Source: Paraspadella gotoi (Eukaryota > Animalia > Chaetognatha). Taken from it: a stretch of DNA of 64,000 bases. Shown here piece after piece: positions 1 through 12,475 of this stretch. Numbering within the stretch: position 1 is the stretch's first letter; each line of letters starts with the position of its first letter. A program made the translations under genes and the position numbers. The notes below the pieces were generated by a model. It had not been told where the DNA came from. It did not search any database and saw nothing but the letters and a program-made list of their open reading frames with translations. The DNA lies in NCBI GenBank assembly GCA_051294375.1, contig CM119270.1, forward strand, positions 1,083,238-1,147,237. The letters are read 5' to 3'.

Positions 1-605
1 ATTAAAATAACCAAATGAAATGTAAAGAAAAATTTTGAGAGCCCTTCAGACATATTGCTATCGGATTCCTGAATTCGAAGTTTATTGTAAAATGACAACA
101 TACCTTAAATGCGTTGACATTGTATTGAAGTTGAGAAATCCCTTTATTTTATATATAAAAATTGCGTCAAAAATATTTTCCCGAGCGGACCAGTCCATTT
201 GAATCGAATGGTTCGATGTCAAAATGATGGTTATTTGTCAAGAGAAAAAAAATGCGAGCCCTTCAGATGCAACAGGATCGGAATCGAGTGTTTTTACATC
301 TAATTTTTACCCGAATTTTTCCCAGGGGCGTTGACATTATTTGGTAGTCAGATTTTAACGAAAATCTCCATTGAAAAAGTCTTCCTCGATTTCTAAGAAC
401 GATGTAGACTCCTAGGTTAATAACAGTCAAAAGGCTCAGATGCTGAGTCTAAAACAATAATGGTATAAAGAGAATGAGGGAAAACGATCGAGGGTAAGGT
501 TGGTAAGGACAGTTTTGACCGAGGTCGCGTGTTGTTGTTGCTCCACAAGCTACTCATTTTAGAGATGAATAATTGCGATTATTAAACTAATTAACACTTC
601 CGCAG

Positions 606-2840
606 CTCCATCACCGCCGTCAACAGCATCAGCAGCATCCACGTCAACCTGTCCAGCGCACAACAGTTTCTGAGCGTCATCAACTTCGCGCTAATCGTCA
701 TCTCGCCGTCCCCAAGGAAACCGGCGTCCGCGATCGTCCCGAGCCGACTCTTGAAAAGTCGCACTCGACTCCGGCGGACGAAGGCTCCGCCGGCGCCTCC
801 GTCACATTCGCCGCCAAAGTGGGCGACGCTTCCAACTCAGGCCAAATCCTCGCTCATCCTCCGAAGACGACAACGACGACGTCGGCGCGAAAGGGCGGAC
901 GTCGCACTGTGGCCCTCCTCGCCTGCGGCTCCTTCAACCCCATCACCAACATGCACCTCCGCATGTTCGAGATCGCCAAGGACGCTCTGGAGAAGCGCGG
1001 CCAGTTCCGCGTTGCCGGCGGCATCATTTCTCCCGTCAGCGACTCTTACGGCAAGCTCGATCTCATCCCGGCCAAGCATCGTTGCCGGATGGTTCAGCTG
1101 GCCCTCAGAGGCAACGACTGGGTCAAGCTGGATCCTTGGGAGTCCGAACAGAGATCTTGGCTGGAGACGGCGCGGGTCCTTCAGCATCATCGCGACGCCG
1201 TGCGCGAACTTCAGCAGACGCTGCAGGCTCGGTTCCAAGGACGCGGCGGCGGAGGACCCGGTGGCGTCGGCGGCGTTTTCGGGGTGCCGAGTCCCAAGCG
1301 GAAACGCAAGCTGGATGAAGGGTTGGAGTCGATCGTCCGGCGCGCTAACGCCGAGCCCATCGAGCTCAAGCTGCTCTGTGGCGCGGATCTGCTGGAGTCG
1401 TTCGGCACGCCGGGGCTGTGGAAGAGCGAGGACATCGAGGAGATCGTGGGCAAGTTTGGACTCGTCTGCATCACTCGATCCGGGATGGAACCCAATAGGT
1501 TCATCTACGAGAACGACGTCTTGAACAGATTTAGGTGAGCAGGAAGTTTGGTTGGGGTGGGGAGAAAAATAGTAAGAGGGAATATAAGAACTTCATTTCG
1601 CTCACCATCGTTGGCAATCACTTTCAAAATCTAATTTACATATTACAGTAATCTGAAAATGTGATGGTTGAAGAAAAATTCTAGATTTTATAAAAAAGTT
1701 TTTTATAATTTTTTCATTTATTAAAACTTAAAACGTTTCTTTCGGTTTAAAAATTTATGAAATAGTTTTTATTATTTGATGGGGGGGAAGTCGTTTTTTT
1801 TTTCGACTATAATCTGTCAGACTTTAAAGCTAATGAGTTTATAAAACGCGACGATGAGACAATTAAAAATTCTTGCGATTACATCACTTACTTGATTTTT
1901 GTCATTACATCATTTTGTCTTTTATGTCAATATATGTCATGTAATTTTAGTTATTACGTCATTATGACTTTTATAAAATTTATGTCATTTTGAGTCATTT
2001 TAATCATTACCTCATTTTTTTTACGTCATTTTATGTCATTATGGGTCATTTTAGTTATTACGTCATTTTATGTCACGTCATTTTAGTCACTACTTCATTG
2101 TCTTTTTATTGTCATTTTATGTCATTGTCATTTTGGATTCTCTGTTTTAATTATTTTATTAATTAAATAAAAAGATCTTAGTAAGATTGAATTGTTTAAA
2201 AGGTTTTCTCACCTCAGGGACAACATTTTCATCGTGAAGGAATGGATTCAAAGCGAAATCAGTTCCACGAAAATCCGTCGCGCGATTCGCCGCAAGGAAA
2301 GCGTCAGATATTTGTTGCAAGACTCGGTCATCGATTACATCAAGACCAACAGATTGTACAGGTACAAACGATAATATGGTAATTATTTAATATGCATAAT
2401 GCCAGAATATGTAAAAAGGTATTGAAGAACTAAATCTTATTTGATCCAAAGAAGAAAAAAATTTCATTTAAAATATGAATACGCACACCCCCCCCCCGCT
2501 CCACAAATCCAACAGCGACCCCCCTCCCCCTTCCACCCGATTCTCTCACCTCGCCTCCCCGTTTCCCTTCGCCGCGGATCCTTCGACCGGCGACCCGCGC
2601 GCCCTCGTCTTCCCATCCTACCACCCCCGTTCCTACCCGCGCCGCCCACCCTTTCAACTCCACCATCATCACCACCACTCCCGCGCCCCTTCGACTCGAG
2701 CGTCGTTGGCGCCGGACGCGGACCGCGCGGGCGCCAGGCAGCGCTCCGCCTCGGACCTCTTCACCGTCCCCGACCTCACCTCGCTCACGTGCAGGATTAA
2801 AAAGTGGAAGGTCGCCGTCGTCAATGAGACGAGGGTTTGA
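606..2840 (+). CDS. NMNAT: Nicotinamide/nicotinate mononucleotide adenylyltransferase. Exons 606-1534, 2218-2361, 2516-2840; start codon not located.
   Basis: Motifs LLACGSFNPITNMHLRMFE, GGIISPVSDSYGK, DPWESEQ, LKLLCGADLLESF..PGLW and ISSTKIRRA..SVRYL..VIDYI. NLS-like PSPKRKRK insert. GT-AG junctions join in phase, and the frame is open from the acceptor AG at 604-605. Confidence 0.93.
1880..2135. repeat. Degenerate AT-rich minisatellite (TTTTATGTCATT-like units) in an NMNAT intron
   Basis: Many recurrences of gtcatt/ttatgtca/ttacgtca. Confidence 0.75.
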
Positions 2841-3401
2841 TTTAAAAATGGCATGGGGGGGGGTATTTGCCGCAAAGAACCGTTTTTGCAACAAGATGGA
2901 TTTGCGGCATGATGGATTTGCGGCACAAAAAAAAAAGATACACGGAGTTGGCATGACTGTAAAAAAGACGGAAAATTAAAAAAAAAAAAAAAGGAAAGAC
3001 GACTGCAACGACAACGACAACATCAACCGATTTGTGTCCATTGATGACAACCGCAAATCTGCTGGTTTGAAAAGGAAGAAAAAAGCTGTTTTGGCAGCCA
3101 TGTGTGCGTCCATTGTGCTTTTTGCAAAGCATTCGGGTCTCACTCCCCTTGAGTCGTCTTACTGACGAAAGGATGTTTTTTGGGGGGTGGGGGGGGCGGT
3201 GGGTTGCAGTGTTGCAATTTGAATCGAACATTGAGGGGGGGGAAGGATTTGGATCAAGTTCGGTAATTTGACTTCAGACGCAAATTTCGCGTTGGAAAAT
3301 TCGTAAAAAGTTTGGATTCCAAAAGAAAGAAAAAAAGAAAACATTTTAGCTCCAATTTCGTCCAGAGTTTGCGACGTTTTCATCATTTTATTTAGGCATT
3401 A

Positions 3402-3433
<32 letters not shown>

Positions 3434-4505
3434 TCGCCAGGAGTTTGTACGACGAGGAAAAGTTCGACGTTGTACCTGTAGAATTTCCCTCCCTCCCTCA
3501 TATTTATTAATAGATTAATAATTAATTTCTCAGAATTACCACTCTTCGAGTCTCCTCTCTTCCTTCCCCTTCTTTCTCTAGTTCTGACATCAGGTTACCT
3601 CGTCTGTGCGTTTCTCCTACTTCCTTACCGCATTAAAAAAACTATTATTTATTAATGTTCATAATTTGTAATAACGCCAAGCACGATCTCATCTTTATCG
3701 TTGATATATTTTTCGTTTTATTTATTTATTTCTTTTTTTTGCGTTTGGTTTTTGTTTCGGAAGTTGATTCATGATTACTGTCATTCTAATTGCGGATTCA
3801 ATGGCATTTATATATCAGTATTTTTAATTTTACCTACCTGAGTGCTAATATTCTGCTTTTTATTTTCATTGATGCGTAGTTTATTCTCGTTTCAAAATTA
3901 CAACGTTATTATCAGTGTAAAATCTTATTTTCGTAAATTCAAGTTGTACGTTTAGTCAGAATAAAAGTTAATTTGAAAAAGAAATAATAAAGCCAATCTT
4001 TGCTCAATGCTATTGACTAGATCCTTTTGGTATAAAAATTATGACTCAATTATATTAAATTTATATATATATTATATTAAATGCTATGCATTCCCGTAGA
4101 CCATATTAGACATAGTTAAGCTGGTAGGCTTCGATAGATATGGAGAAAAAAAACTTTATTTAAAACTTTAGTCGTATGTGCACTCTTTAACATCACCTAA
4201 AGTTCAATTCTCTTAGGGAAACTTTTCAAATAATAAGTAGCTAATCTTGGTAGTATTTATAATAGCATTATCACCGAAGGTTTCTCTGCTCTTGAAAGTA
4301 CACATTTCCAAAACACCGATTAAAAATATCTGCTTTACTTGAATCTCGGTATCTCGGGCTTTAAAATCATTCCAATTATCTCTACTACGTAACTTAATCC
4401 AACCTTTTCTAGCCGATCAAAAAGTTTTACAAAATGTATTTGAATGTTCAAGTAAAAGTAATTCTCTTTAAAAAACGAGGAATATTAGTATATTATATGA
4501 CATAT

Positions 4506-4595
4506 CTTTTTAGTTGCGCCGCGAGTATTCGCGGAGCAACTCTATAAGTCACTTTTCGGTCGGTCTGTCGGTATATTTGTCCGTCGGTCTGTCCC
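4506..4595 (+). mobile_element. 5' end of a Helentron-associated (HINE/DINE-1-like) non-autonomous element
   Basis: T-run, then AGTTGC-GCCGCGA..TCGCGG-A-GCAACT palindrome, CTATAAG, then a CGGT/CTGT/CCGT microsatellite. This layout is typical of HINE/DINE-1-type elements. Confidence 0.6.
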
Positions 4596-5970
4596 ATTTA
4601 AGTTAAAAATTCATATAATTTGCCTATAGTTGGTTGCTCATTTGTTAAGACAGAAAATAACCTTAAATCTAAGGGACTGCTAGCGCCGCCTTCAGGAATT
4701 CCTAAAACTATAAGGAATAAAAGACGGATTTTGATGCGGTACATGTCATAAATACACGGGCAAAGAATGTTTTTTAGCCATGTCATGTCATATCATGTGA
4801 AAATAAAGTTACTGCGGCTCAACACATTGGAATTACCGTTCTTGTTTAATTTTATTGTTGCCAAAAAAAGCTTGTGTTGCTCTATGACAATGAATAAACG
4901 TCCATCACTATTATCCTTATTTTTGAATTATTGTAAGGGAGCTTATCGGTCCTTATATAACAGTATACTTAGCTTAATTAATATCCCTGTTTGATATACC
5001 AAATAACTAACTTGCTGAACAAGAGATGCTCACATATATATAATACATCTGACATAATTCCCATAAAACCCCTAAGTAAGGACTGTGGATAAGGCGCGAC
5101 GTTGGCTGAAGATGACAACATCAATGAGCCACCGGGTCACGACTGAAGGTGTCATGCTTATAGGCGGGATGAACCTATGCAATTCCCGACTACAGGACCA
5201 AGAACGGACTGCCATATTGAAAGCATAGTCAATCCTGAGGCTTTAAACTATTATTGAAATACCTAAGTGGTTTCCAATGAGTATATTTATAAATTAGTTT
5301 AATTGATAGTTATTATTAATAAATGTTCAAAACTCTCTAATCAATCTTTATCATCAATCAAAAGTGAAATCGTGATATGAGATCATGAAATGACACAGAA
5401 AAATAATTTATGACAAGTCAATGTCAATACGATAATATGCAAATGCGATTTATGAACTCAATCTCATTCTTGGTTGAATTTGGGCGAGCTCAGCAATTTC
5501 GCATTTGGAGGTGTTACGCCGCGGCGGCAGGAGCAGAGGCAGCAGCGATGGGAGCAGCGGCGTTTCCAATTTTCCCGTCAAGCAACCTCTCACATTTTTT
5601 TCCAGTGTTTTGGACAAAAAACGTTTCTAAATAACCAAGTTCGATCACTGGCAATTTAACGAGTTTTCAGATCGCTAATTGTTGTTCGTTCATAACGATT
5701 ATTAATGATTCATAATGATTATTCTTATTTCCTCGATGTATGTTTTTTCAGATGCCGCCTCCGCCGTTCCGTCGGCTGGCGCCTCCGCCGCTGCGTCTGC
5801 CGCTGAGTCGGCTGCGTCAGCGGCGCGGAAGGAAACGCGAATCCTTCGTCGTCGCGAGAAACAAAAATCGCGCGAGGGAAGAATTGTTTTCCTTTCTTCT
5901 TTTAAAACTTTGAAAACTAAAAAGAAAATAAAACATTGATCTTGTTTTTCCAAAACAAAACAAAAAAACA

Positions 5971-8900
5971 ATGACGCTCATCGTTGAATCCGGCGTCGAT
6001 TCCACATCCGGCGTCGACGGAAAGAAAGAGTCGACCGACTCGAATCTTTCTTATGTCGACTACAACGACGACCTCCAGTCAAACGCGACGGGCAGCGATC
6101 GAACTGCCCTCTCGTCCGAAAGAGACGCTCAACTTCCTCAAACGAAAACGAACGCCGGAAATCGAGAATCGGCGCCGACTACGACAGACCGACCAAAAAC
6201 CGTCGCCGATCAGCTGGCCTACATCGACTCTATTCTCTCCTCGGCCGACGCCGATCGCGAGCGCCACTTCCAGTGCTGTTTCTGCGCGGACAAACGATTC
6301 CTAAATCGTTATTCACTCGTGACTCATTTTCACCGAGATCACAAAGACGCCGACCCAGAGATCGTCCGTCGTTCCATCGATGAAGCCAAAGAGTTGGAGG
6401 AGGAGCTTTTCCCGCGCCAGGCGCCCGCTTGCCACGCCTGTGGTAAAACCTTCAAGCTGCGAAAGCATCTCAATCTCCACGTAGCCAAGCATCACTCCAA
6501 AGTCCTCTGCTGTCGCGTTTGCGAGCGGAAGTTCTACACCAAGCCTCAGTTGTACAAGCATCTTCAGGACGCGCATCGAATCGAACGTCCGGACGTGGAC
6601 GCCTTCGATCGCGGACGAGCGGGTCGCGTCGACGATCCCGATCGCCTCGTCGAGCTCATGGACGCCGACAAGGATTCCCCCAAATACTTTTGCTTCATAT
6701 GCGGCAAAAATCGTTTCCGCAAGTTGGAGGAATTGCGGAAACATTTGGCGAGCGCGCACAACAGCGACATCGAGTCGCTCTGTGGAGAATACCTCGACAT
6801 TCTCCGTGACCTTAACGCCGAAAAGTTGACCAAGATCACGGAGCGACCGACCGACTACGTGCCGTGTCGGTTGTGTCAACGAAAGTTTCACCATTTCTCC
6901 ATCAACCGTCACGTGAAGACGGTTCACTTTGGTTGGAAAGGTTGGGGCAGCAGCTTCAACATCTTCTGCAAAATTTGTGGTCGAGATTTTCGCAACAACT
7001 TCAAGTTAAACAAACATCTGCGCGCACATCGGCGAGAATTGACGAAGGAGTCGTCGGATGGGAGAAAGGCGCGGTCTCATTCGTCGACGACTCGAGGGCC
7101 GTCGTCACGATCGCCGGCGCCGAAAAGAAAGCGCGGTCGACCGCCAAAGATCAAACCGGAATCGCGCGACGGCGACGCCGCCGTTAAATCCGAGCGCCAC
7201 GACGCCGAGGAATCAAATGGCACCGCTTTCTCAGAGAATTCCGCGGCGCCCAATTTATCCAGGCGACGTTCGACGCGAGCTATCAAACGGACAGTCTCCT
7301 ACGCGGAAGCTTTTGAGGGTGTAGAACACTTTGACGAGCCCGTTGACTCCGCCGAGTCCTTCCACGGTGCCGTCAATGCTTTCCGTGACGAAAAGTGCTT
7401 CGCGGAACCTCGACTCGAGTCTTCAACAATTCCAGCGACCGATCAAACTAACCCCCATTGGAAAGAAAAAGTTAAAGACGAACCCGAAGAAGTTTCCAAA
7501 CTTCTGTTTGATCGGGATATTTGGCCGAGCGGACCAAGCATTGATCAAAACTATATTTGCAAGAGAGGGAATGATGATTTTGATTCTACTTTACAATCGA
7601 CGCTCTCAAGAACTTCGAACATCGCTTCTCTTGAAAATAATACTAATATTAATACTAATATTAGTGATAGCGATTTTCATCCAGCGTATTCTGCTTCCGT
7701 TCGCCCTCGATCGCCGCTCGCCGCTGAAAAATTGTCGTCTTCGTCGGCGGAGATCGATCCTCTCCTTAAAAACGAGACGTCGATCTTCAACGGCGAATTC
7801 TCGGCGGACGAAATCGTAGAGGATTTGGACGCAATCGACGAAGCGATCGAACTCGATATCGCCGACGTTTGCTCATCCTCATCGCGCGTTGGCTCCGCCC
7901 ATCGCTGCGCCTCTTGCGGCCTTTGGTTTATGGACGACGATCGACTCCACCGCCACATCGACGCCATCCACAACAACGTCCGGACTTTCGCCTGCGAAAA
8001 ATGCGGCGACTCCTTCGGCTACTTTCACGAACTCGCGGACCACGGCGCTCGAACTCATTCGGTCGGCGCCCGCGCCGACCAACGTGCCTGCCCCTACGAC
8101 GATTGCGGTGTCAGATTCGAAACGGCAGCGGCCCTGGACAATCATCTCGGTACCGTCCACGTGGGCCGTCGGTTCCCCTGTCCCAAATGCCACGAACGCG
8201 CCTACAAGAATCTTCGAGGCGTCAAGCTCCACATGGAAAGATGCCGTGGCCTCTTGGCGACGGTGGACTGCGGCATTTGTGGAGAAGAGATGCGAGAATC
8301 CGAAGTGAGCTGTCACTTCCGGTTGCGGCATCCCGAAGAAGACCAACTCCGCCCACGCGCCGACGTCCGCTTACCCGCCTACATGCTGACGGAGCGATCC
8401 GTCTCCAACACGCTGGTCAAGCGGCGGCCCTTGCGGACTCCGTGCGATATTTGCGGCGTCGTCGTCGTCGGACTCAAGAAACACCTGATGAACGTTCACC
8501 GCTTGAGCGACTATCAGGCACGAAACAAGATGGAGCTCTACACCACCACCGCCTGTCCCGTTTGTGGCATCAAACTCATCAGGCGCCGCCTGAAGCAGCA
8601 CATGCAAAAGCACGGACCCTCTCCCAATGGAAAGAAATACCTTTGCGAAATCTGCGCCAAATCGTTCGACAGCTACGTGACCATGTACTCGCACAAACGG
8701 AGTGTCCATCTCAAGGTTAAACAAAAATATCGACTGACGGCCAAGAAGAAAGAACCTCGTCCACCCACGACCAATAACTTGGTCGATTGTCCCGTCGCCG
8801 ACTGCACCAAGTCCTTTTATTCAGAGAAGATCTTGAAGAAGCACTTGAAGACCTTCCACGGCGGCGGCGTCGTCGCCCAAGACCCCCTTCGCCTCTGTCC

Positions 8901-9516
8901 CGTTTGTGGCGTCTCTTTCTCCGCCGCCGCCTTTCGCCGCCATCTTCTTCGCGATCACGACTTCCGGCCGGATCAGACGTCGGCCGCCGTTTCGCTTGGC
9001 GCCGACTTTTCCTCTTCCCCGCCAAAACGCCCCCGTCCTCGTCTCTTCGTCGCCTGCCCAGTCTGCGGCAAAGAGACCCAAAAGAAAAACGTCCGCAATC
9101 ACTTGACCGTCGTTCACGGCGTCCAAGTCACGCCGGACAATTATCCCGAATACGCGCGTCGACGACTCCTGCCTGACGATCCCGCGGCGCGCTCGGAGAC
9201 GGCGGTCGCCAAGACCTTCCACCGCTGCCCCGTCTGCGCCGCCATCCTCCATTCCAAGCTGGAGGTCCGGAAGCACGTGCGGCGCGACCATCGTCTCGTC
9301 ATCACCCGGGAATCGTTTCCCGAGTTACACGTTAGGCGACGCGATCGAGAGGCCAACGCCAACAACGGAGTCGAGTGTCGAATTTGCGGAAAGTTCTTTA
9401 AAAAAAGGAGACTCAAGGAACATCTGTTCAGGGCTCATGGAGTGGCGGGTGGAGGGAGTGGAGATGGAGGCGGTGTTGGTGCGGGGAGAGAAGGAGAGAT
9501 CGTGTCGAAAGTTTAG
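5971..9516 (+). CDS. Intronless 1181-aa multi-C2H2 zinc-finger protein with an AT-hook
   Basis: Many Cx2-4C-x12-Hx3-5H fingers in two clusters (e.g. CHACGKTFKLRKHLNLHVAKHH, CEICAKSFDSYVTMYSHKRSVH). AT-hook KRKRGRPPK. Confidence 0.92.
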   Translation: MTLIVESGVDSTSGVDGKKESTDSNLSYVDYNDDLQSNATGSDRTALSSERDAQLPQTKTNAGNRESAPTTTDRPKTVADQLAYIDSILSSADADRERHFQCCFCADKRFLNRYSLVTHFHRDHKDADPEIVRRSIDEAKELEEELFPRQAPACHACGKTFKLRKHLNLHVAKHHSKVLCCRVCERKFYTKPQLYKHLQDAHRIERPDVDAFDRGRAGRVDDPDRLVELMDADKDSPKYFCFICGKNRFRKLEELRKHLASAHNSDIESLCGEYLDILRDLNAEKLTKITERPTDYVPCRLCQRKFHHFSINRHVKTVHFGWKGWGSSFNIFCKICGRDFRNNFKLNKHLRAHRRELTKESSDGRKARSHSSTTRGPSSRSPAPKRKRGRPPKIKPESRDGDAAVKSERHDAEESNGTAFSENSAAPNLSRRRSTRAIKRTVSYAEAFEGVEHFDEPVDSAESFHGAVNAFRDEKCFAEPRLESSTIPATDQTNPHWKEKVKDEPEEVSKLLFDRDIWPSGPSIDQNYICKRGNDDFDSTLQSTLSRTSNIASLENNTNINTNISDSDFHPAYSASVRPRSPLAAEKLSSSSAEIDPLLKNETSIFNGEFSADEIVEDLDAIDEAIELDIADVCSSSSRVGSAHRCASCGLWFMDDDRLHRHIDAIHNNVRTFACEKCGDSFGYFHELADHGARTHSVGARADQRACPYDDCGVRFETAAALDNHLGTVHVGRRFPCPKCHERAYKNLRGVKLHMERCRGLLATVDCGICGEEMRESEVSCHFRLRHPEEDQLRPRADVRLPAYMLTERSVSNTLVKRRPLRTPCDICGVVVVGLKKHLMNVHRLSDYQARNKMELYTTTACPVCGIKLIRRRLKQHMQKHGPSPNGKKYLCEICAKSFDSYVTMYSHKRSVHLKVKQKYRLTAKKKEPRPPTTNNLVDCPVADCTKSFYSEKILKKHLKTFHGGGVVAQDPLRLCPVCGVSFSAAAFRRHLLRDHDFRPDQTSAAVSLGADFSSSPPKRPRPRLFVACPVCGKETQKKNVRNHLTVVHGVQVTPDNYPEYARRRLLPDDPAARSETAVAKTFHRCPVCAAILHSKLEVRKHVRRDHRLVITRESFPELHVRRRDREANANNGVECRICGKFFKKRRLKEHLFRAHGVAGGGSGDGGGVGAGREGEIVSKV

Positions 9517-9847
9517 GAATAGGATAATCGATAATCTCTCTCTCTTTCTCTCTCTCTCTTTTCCCGCTTTCCCTACTATTTATTATTTCATTGACTGTTT
9601 TTCTTCTGAACATGCATTCCTTTCCATTTTAGAGAATCTGAGAACGCGATTTGTTATCGCAACGTGATCGGGGAACCTTTTTTGTTTTTTAAGTCCTTTA
9701 CTTTTTGAAATAGGCCTACTTAAATTATAAATTATTTTAACTTTTTTACCAGTAATTACAACGAAACAACTAAAGCCGCAAAAGAAACAAACTTTAGCCT
9801 CCGAAAATACTCATTACCTCCATTTAAAACAAATAAATTATCTGAAC

Positions 9848-10898
9848 ATGCCGCGTCGTAACGCAACTATCGAATCCGACGTCGACAACGTGATGTCGCA
9901 AGCTCTCTCCACTCAATCGGGCAGCCAATCGCAGGCCGCCACTCAATCGGGCAGCCAATCGCAGGGCGGCAGCATTTCCCCCTTGGAGATTCGTCAAAAG
10001 GCCATGGAGGTCGTAAAGTATTTGCTGCTCTTGGAAAGCAGAAAGGTCCCGGTCAAACGGGCCGACCTTAACAAGAACGTCATCAAGGATGCCTCTAGGC
10101 ATTTCGGGGCCATCATGGCCGCTGCGAAAAAGGTCGGTGGCCAATGGTGGGAGAAAGAGTAGGCAAGAGAGGATCGCAAAAAAATGGGATTAGATAATAA
10201 GAGATGAAATGAGTTGAAAAATAAAAAGAAACGAGACTAAAATTATTATTACTTGTGACAAAGAATGTCTTGACTCATAACCAATCAGACTTTTTCCTCT
10301 CTATACCCAAATAACATTCACTTCCTCTTTCTTCCAGGAACTCTCGGACGTGTTCGGCCTCCATCTGATCGAGATCGACTGCTGCACAAAATCTTATCTC
10401 CTCGTTTCCCAACTCAACGCCGACGCTCGCTCCTGCCAACATCGCGGAGACTCGGACCTCGAGAAGATCGCCCTCCTCCTCCCAGTCCTTTCCTTCGCCT
10501 TCATGAACGGCGGCTCCGTCGAAGAGACCGACCTCTGGCATTTCCTCGATAAGCTCGGACTCAATAAGGAAGAGTATCACCCGGTGTACGGCCGGATGGA
10601 AAGGTTTCTCCGCCACGACATGTCGCGCGAGGGCTACTTGGACTGGACCAAAGTCGGCGGGTCCGACGCGTCCAAGATGTCGGTTTCATGGGGACCGAGA
10701 TCGACCCGGGAAGTCGCCAAGATGGACTGTCTCAAGTTTGTTTGCGAAGTTTACTCGCCAGAGGGAGAGACGGCGGTGTCGCCGGAGGATTGGCACGAAC
10801 AATACAGGGAGGCGTTGGAGGATTCGAGGAGGAGAAATGGGGGGGAGAGGGGGGAAGGGAGGGCGGTGGCGGTGGAGGAGGATGAGGTGACGAGGTAG
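9848..10898 (+). CDS. NSMCE3: MAGE-domain protein, probable SMC5/6 subunit NSE3. Exons 9848-10132 and 10338-10898, 281 aa.
   Basis: MAGE motifs KVPVKRADL, L..VFGLHLIE, VLSFAFMNGG...E..LW.FL..LG, HPVYG and WGPRS..E..K...LKFV. Phase-0 GT-AG intron. Confidence 0.85.
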
Positions 10899-11050
10899 AG
10901 GGGGAGGAGGTGAAGAGTGGGTGAGAAAAAGGAGGAAAGGAAAAAAGGAAGGAAAAAAGGAGGAAAAGAAGAAGGGGGGAAAATGAAAAAGGAGGCCGGT
11001 TTATAAAAGAATCATGATCTGCTTTTTTGATTTGGTGTATTTAAAAAAAA

Positions 11051-11125
11051 ACTGATTGGCTTATCCGAAGTGTTGATTGGTTGATTTGAAATATTGATTG
11101 GATTACCGCGAATTTTGATTGGATA
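11051..11125. promoter_or_regulatory. Four TGATTGG (inverted CCAAT) boxes at ~21-22 bp spacing upstream of NSA2
   Basis: TGATTGG near 11053, 11074, 11095 and 11116. These could be NF-Y sites or a short tandem repeat. Confidence 0.4.
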
Positions 11126-11539
11126 ATTTTGACACGTTCGTTCGGGATCCTCCAAAGGATTATTATTTTTTGGATTCTTCATCTTCACCCACATCTTTCG
11201 TCTGCTTAGTGAAATTGCGCCACATGAAAGAATTACTACAATTTGTTTTTATTGCTCACCCTCGTTTTAACATCTTATTAGCTCACAATGTAGATTAGAT
11301 GTAGAGCTCGAGGTTTTTATCATTTCTAACCTTTCGCATTTAATTCATGTACATTGTACAACGAATATCGAACATTAAACGTCTTTCAATACGGGTCATA
11401 AATCATCGTCATCATCCTCAGTACATTTCGTCCTGCATCCATTTTTGATCTTTCTCTCCTTGGATGCTTTTATCTCGTACTTGTTACACTTCGCAGTTTG
11501 TGAATTTAAATTTTTAGATGTTTTTAGCCATTTGAAATT

Positions 11540-11592
<53 letters not shown>

Positions 11593-11692
11593 ATCCACCA
11601 CGATTTCCAGCAATACACGTTTCGTATTTTATCGTTTTTAGTTAGAATTATAAAAGACGGCGAAACTCGGCGACTGAATCTTCATAGCAAAA

Positions 11693-12475
11693 ATGCCCCA
11701 GAACGAACACATCGAACTCCACCGGAAGCGCTACGGGCGCCGCCTCGACCATGAAGAGCGCATGCGCAAGAAGGAGGCCCGCGAGCCGCACGAACGCGCG
11801 GCCAAGGAACGCAAACTCCGTGGTCTCAAGGCCAAACTCTATCACAAAGAACGCCACGCGGAAAAAGTGCAGATGAAAAAGACGATCAAGATGCACGAAG
11901 AAAAACAAAACAAAAAGAGGAAAGAAGAAAAAGCGGCGGAAGGCGCCGTGCCCGCTTACTTGCTCGACAGAGAGACCCAATCACGCGCCAAGCTTCTCTC
12001 CAACACCATCAAGCAGAAGAGAAAAGAAAAAGCGGGCAAGTGGGACGTCCCGCTGCCCAAAGTGAGGGCGGTGAGCGAGGCTGAAGCCTTCCGCATCGTG
12101 CGGACGGGCAAGACCAAAAGGAAGGCGTGGAAACGTCTCGTCACGAAAGTCACTTTCGTCGGCGACGACTTCACGAGAAAACCTCCCAAGTTCGAGCGAT
12201 TCATCCGCCCCATGGGTCTTCGATTCAAAAAGGCTCACGTGACTCATCCCGAACTCCGCGCCACATTTCAACTCCCGATCATCGGAGTCAAGAAAAATCC
12301 TTCCTCGCCCAATTATTCCTCGTTGGGAGTCATCACTAAAGGGACCATCATCGAGGTCAACGTCTCCGAATTAGGACTCGTCACTCAAGGGGGAAAAGTC
12401 ATTTGGGGCAAATACGCGCAGGTCACGAATCATCCGGAGAACGACGGCTGCATCAACTCTGTTTTGTTGGTCTGA
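11693..12475 (+). CDS. NSA2: Ribosome biogenesis protein NSA2, 260 aa, intronless
   Basis: Highly conserved termini [23 protein letters not shown] and [28 protein letters not shown]...[23 protein letters not shown]. Confidence 0.98.
   Translation: MPQNEHIELHRKRYGRRLDHEERMRKKEAREPHERAAKERKLRGLKAKLYHKERHAEKVQMKKTIKMHEEKQNKKRKEEKAAEGAVPAYLLDRETQSRAKLLSNTIKQKRKEKAGKWDVPLPKVRAVSEAEAFRIVRTGKTKRKAWKRLVTKVTFVGDDFTRKPPKFERFIRPMGLRFKKAHVTHPELRATFQLPIIGVKKNPSSPNYSSLGVITKGTIIEVNVSELGLVTQGGKVIWGKYAQVTNHPENDGCINSVLLV

Noticed and set aside
39-345. Imperfect direct repeat (GAGCCCTTCAGA...GCGTTGACATT at ~217-bp spacing)
   Set aside because: It is probably an old satellite or repeat remnant, too degenerate and too close to the window edge to classify.
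11693-12475. NSA2 as a processed retrocopy
   Set aside because: The ORF is intact and highly conserved, with no clear poly(A) tail or TSD. Being intronless alone is insufficient.
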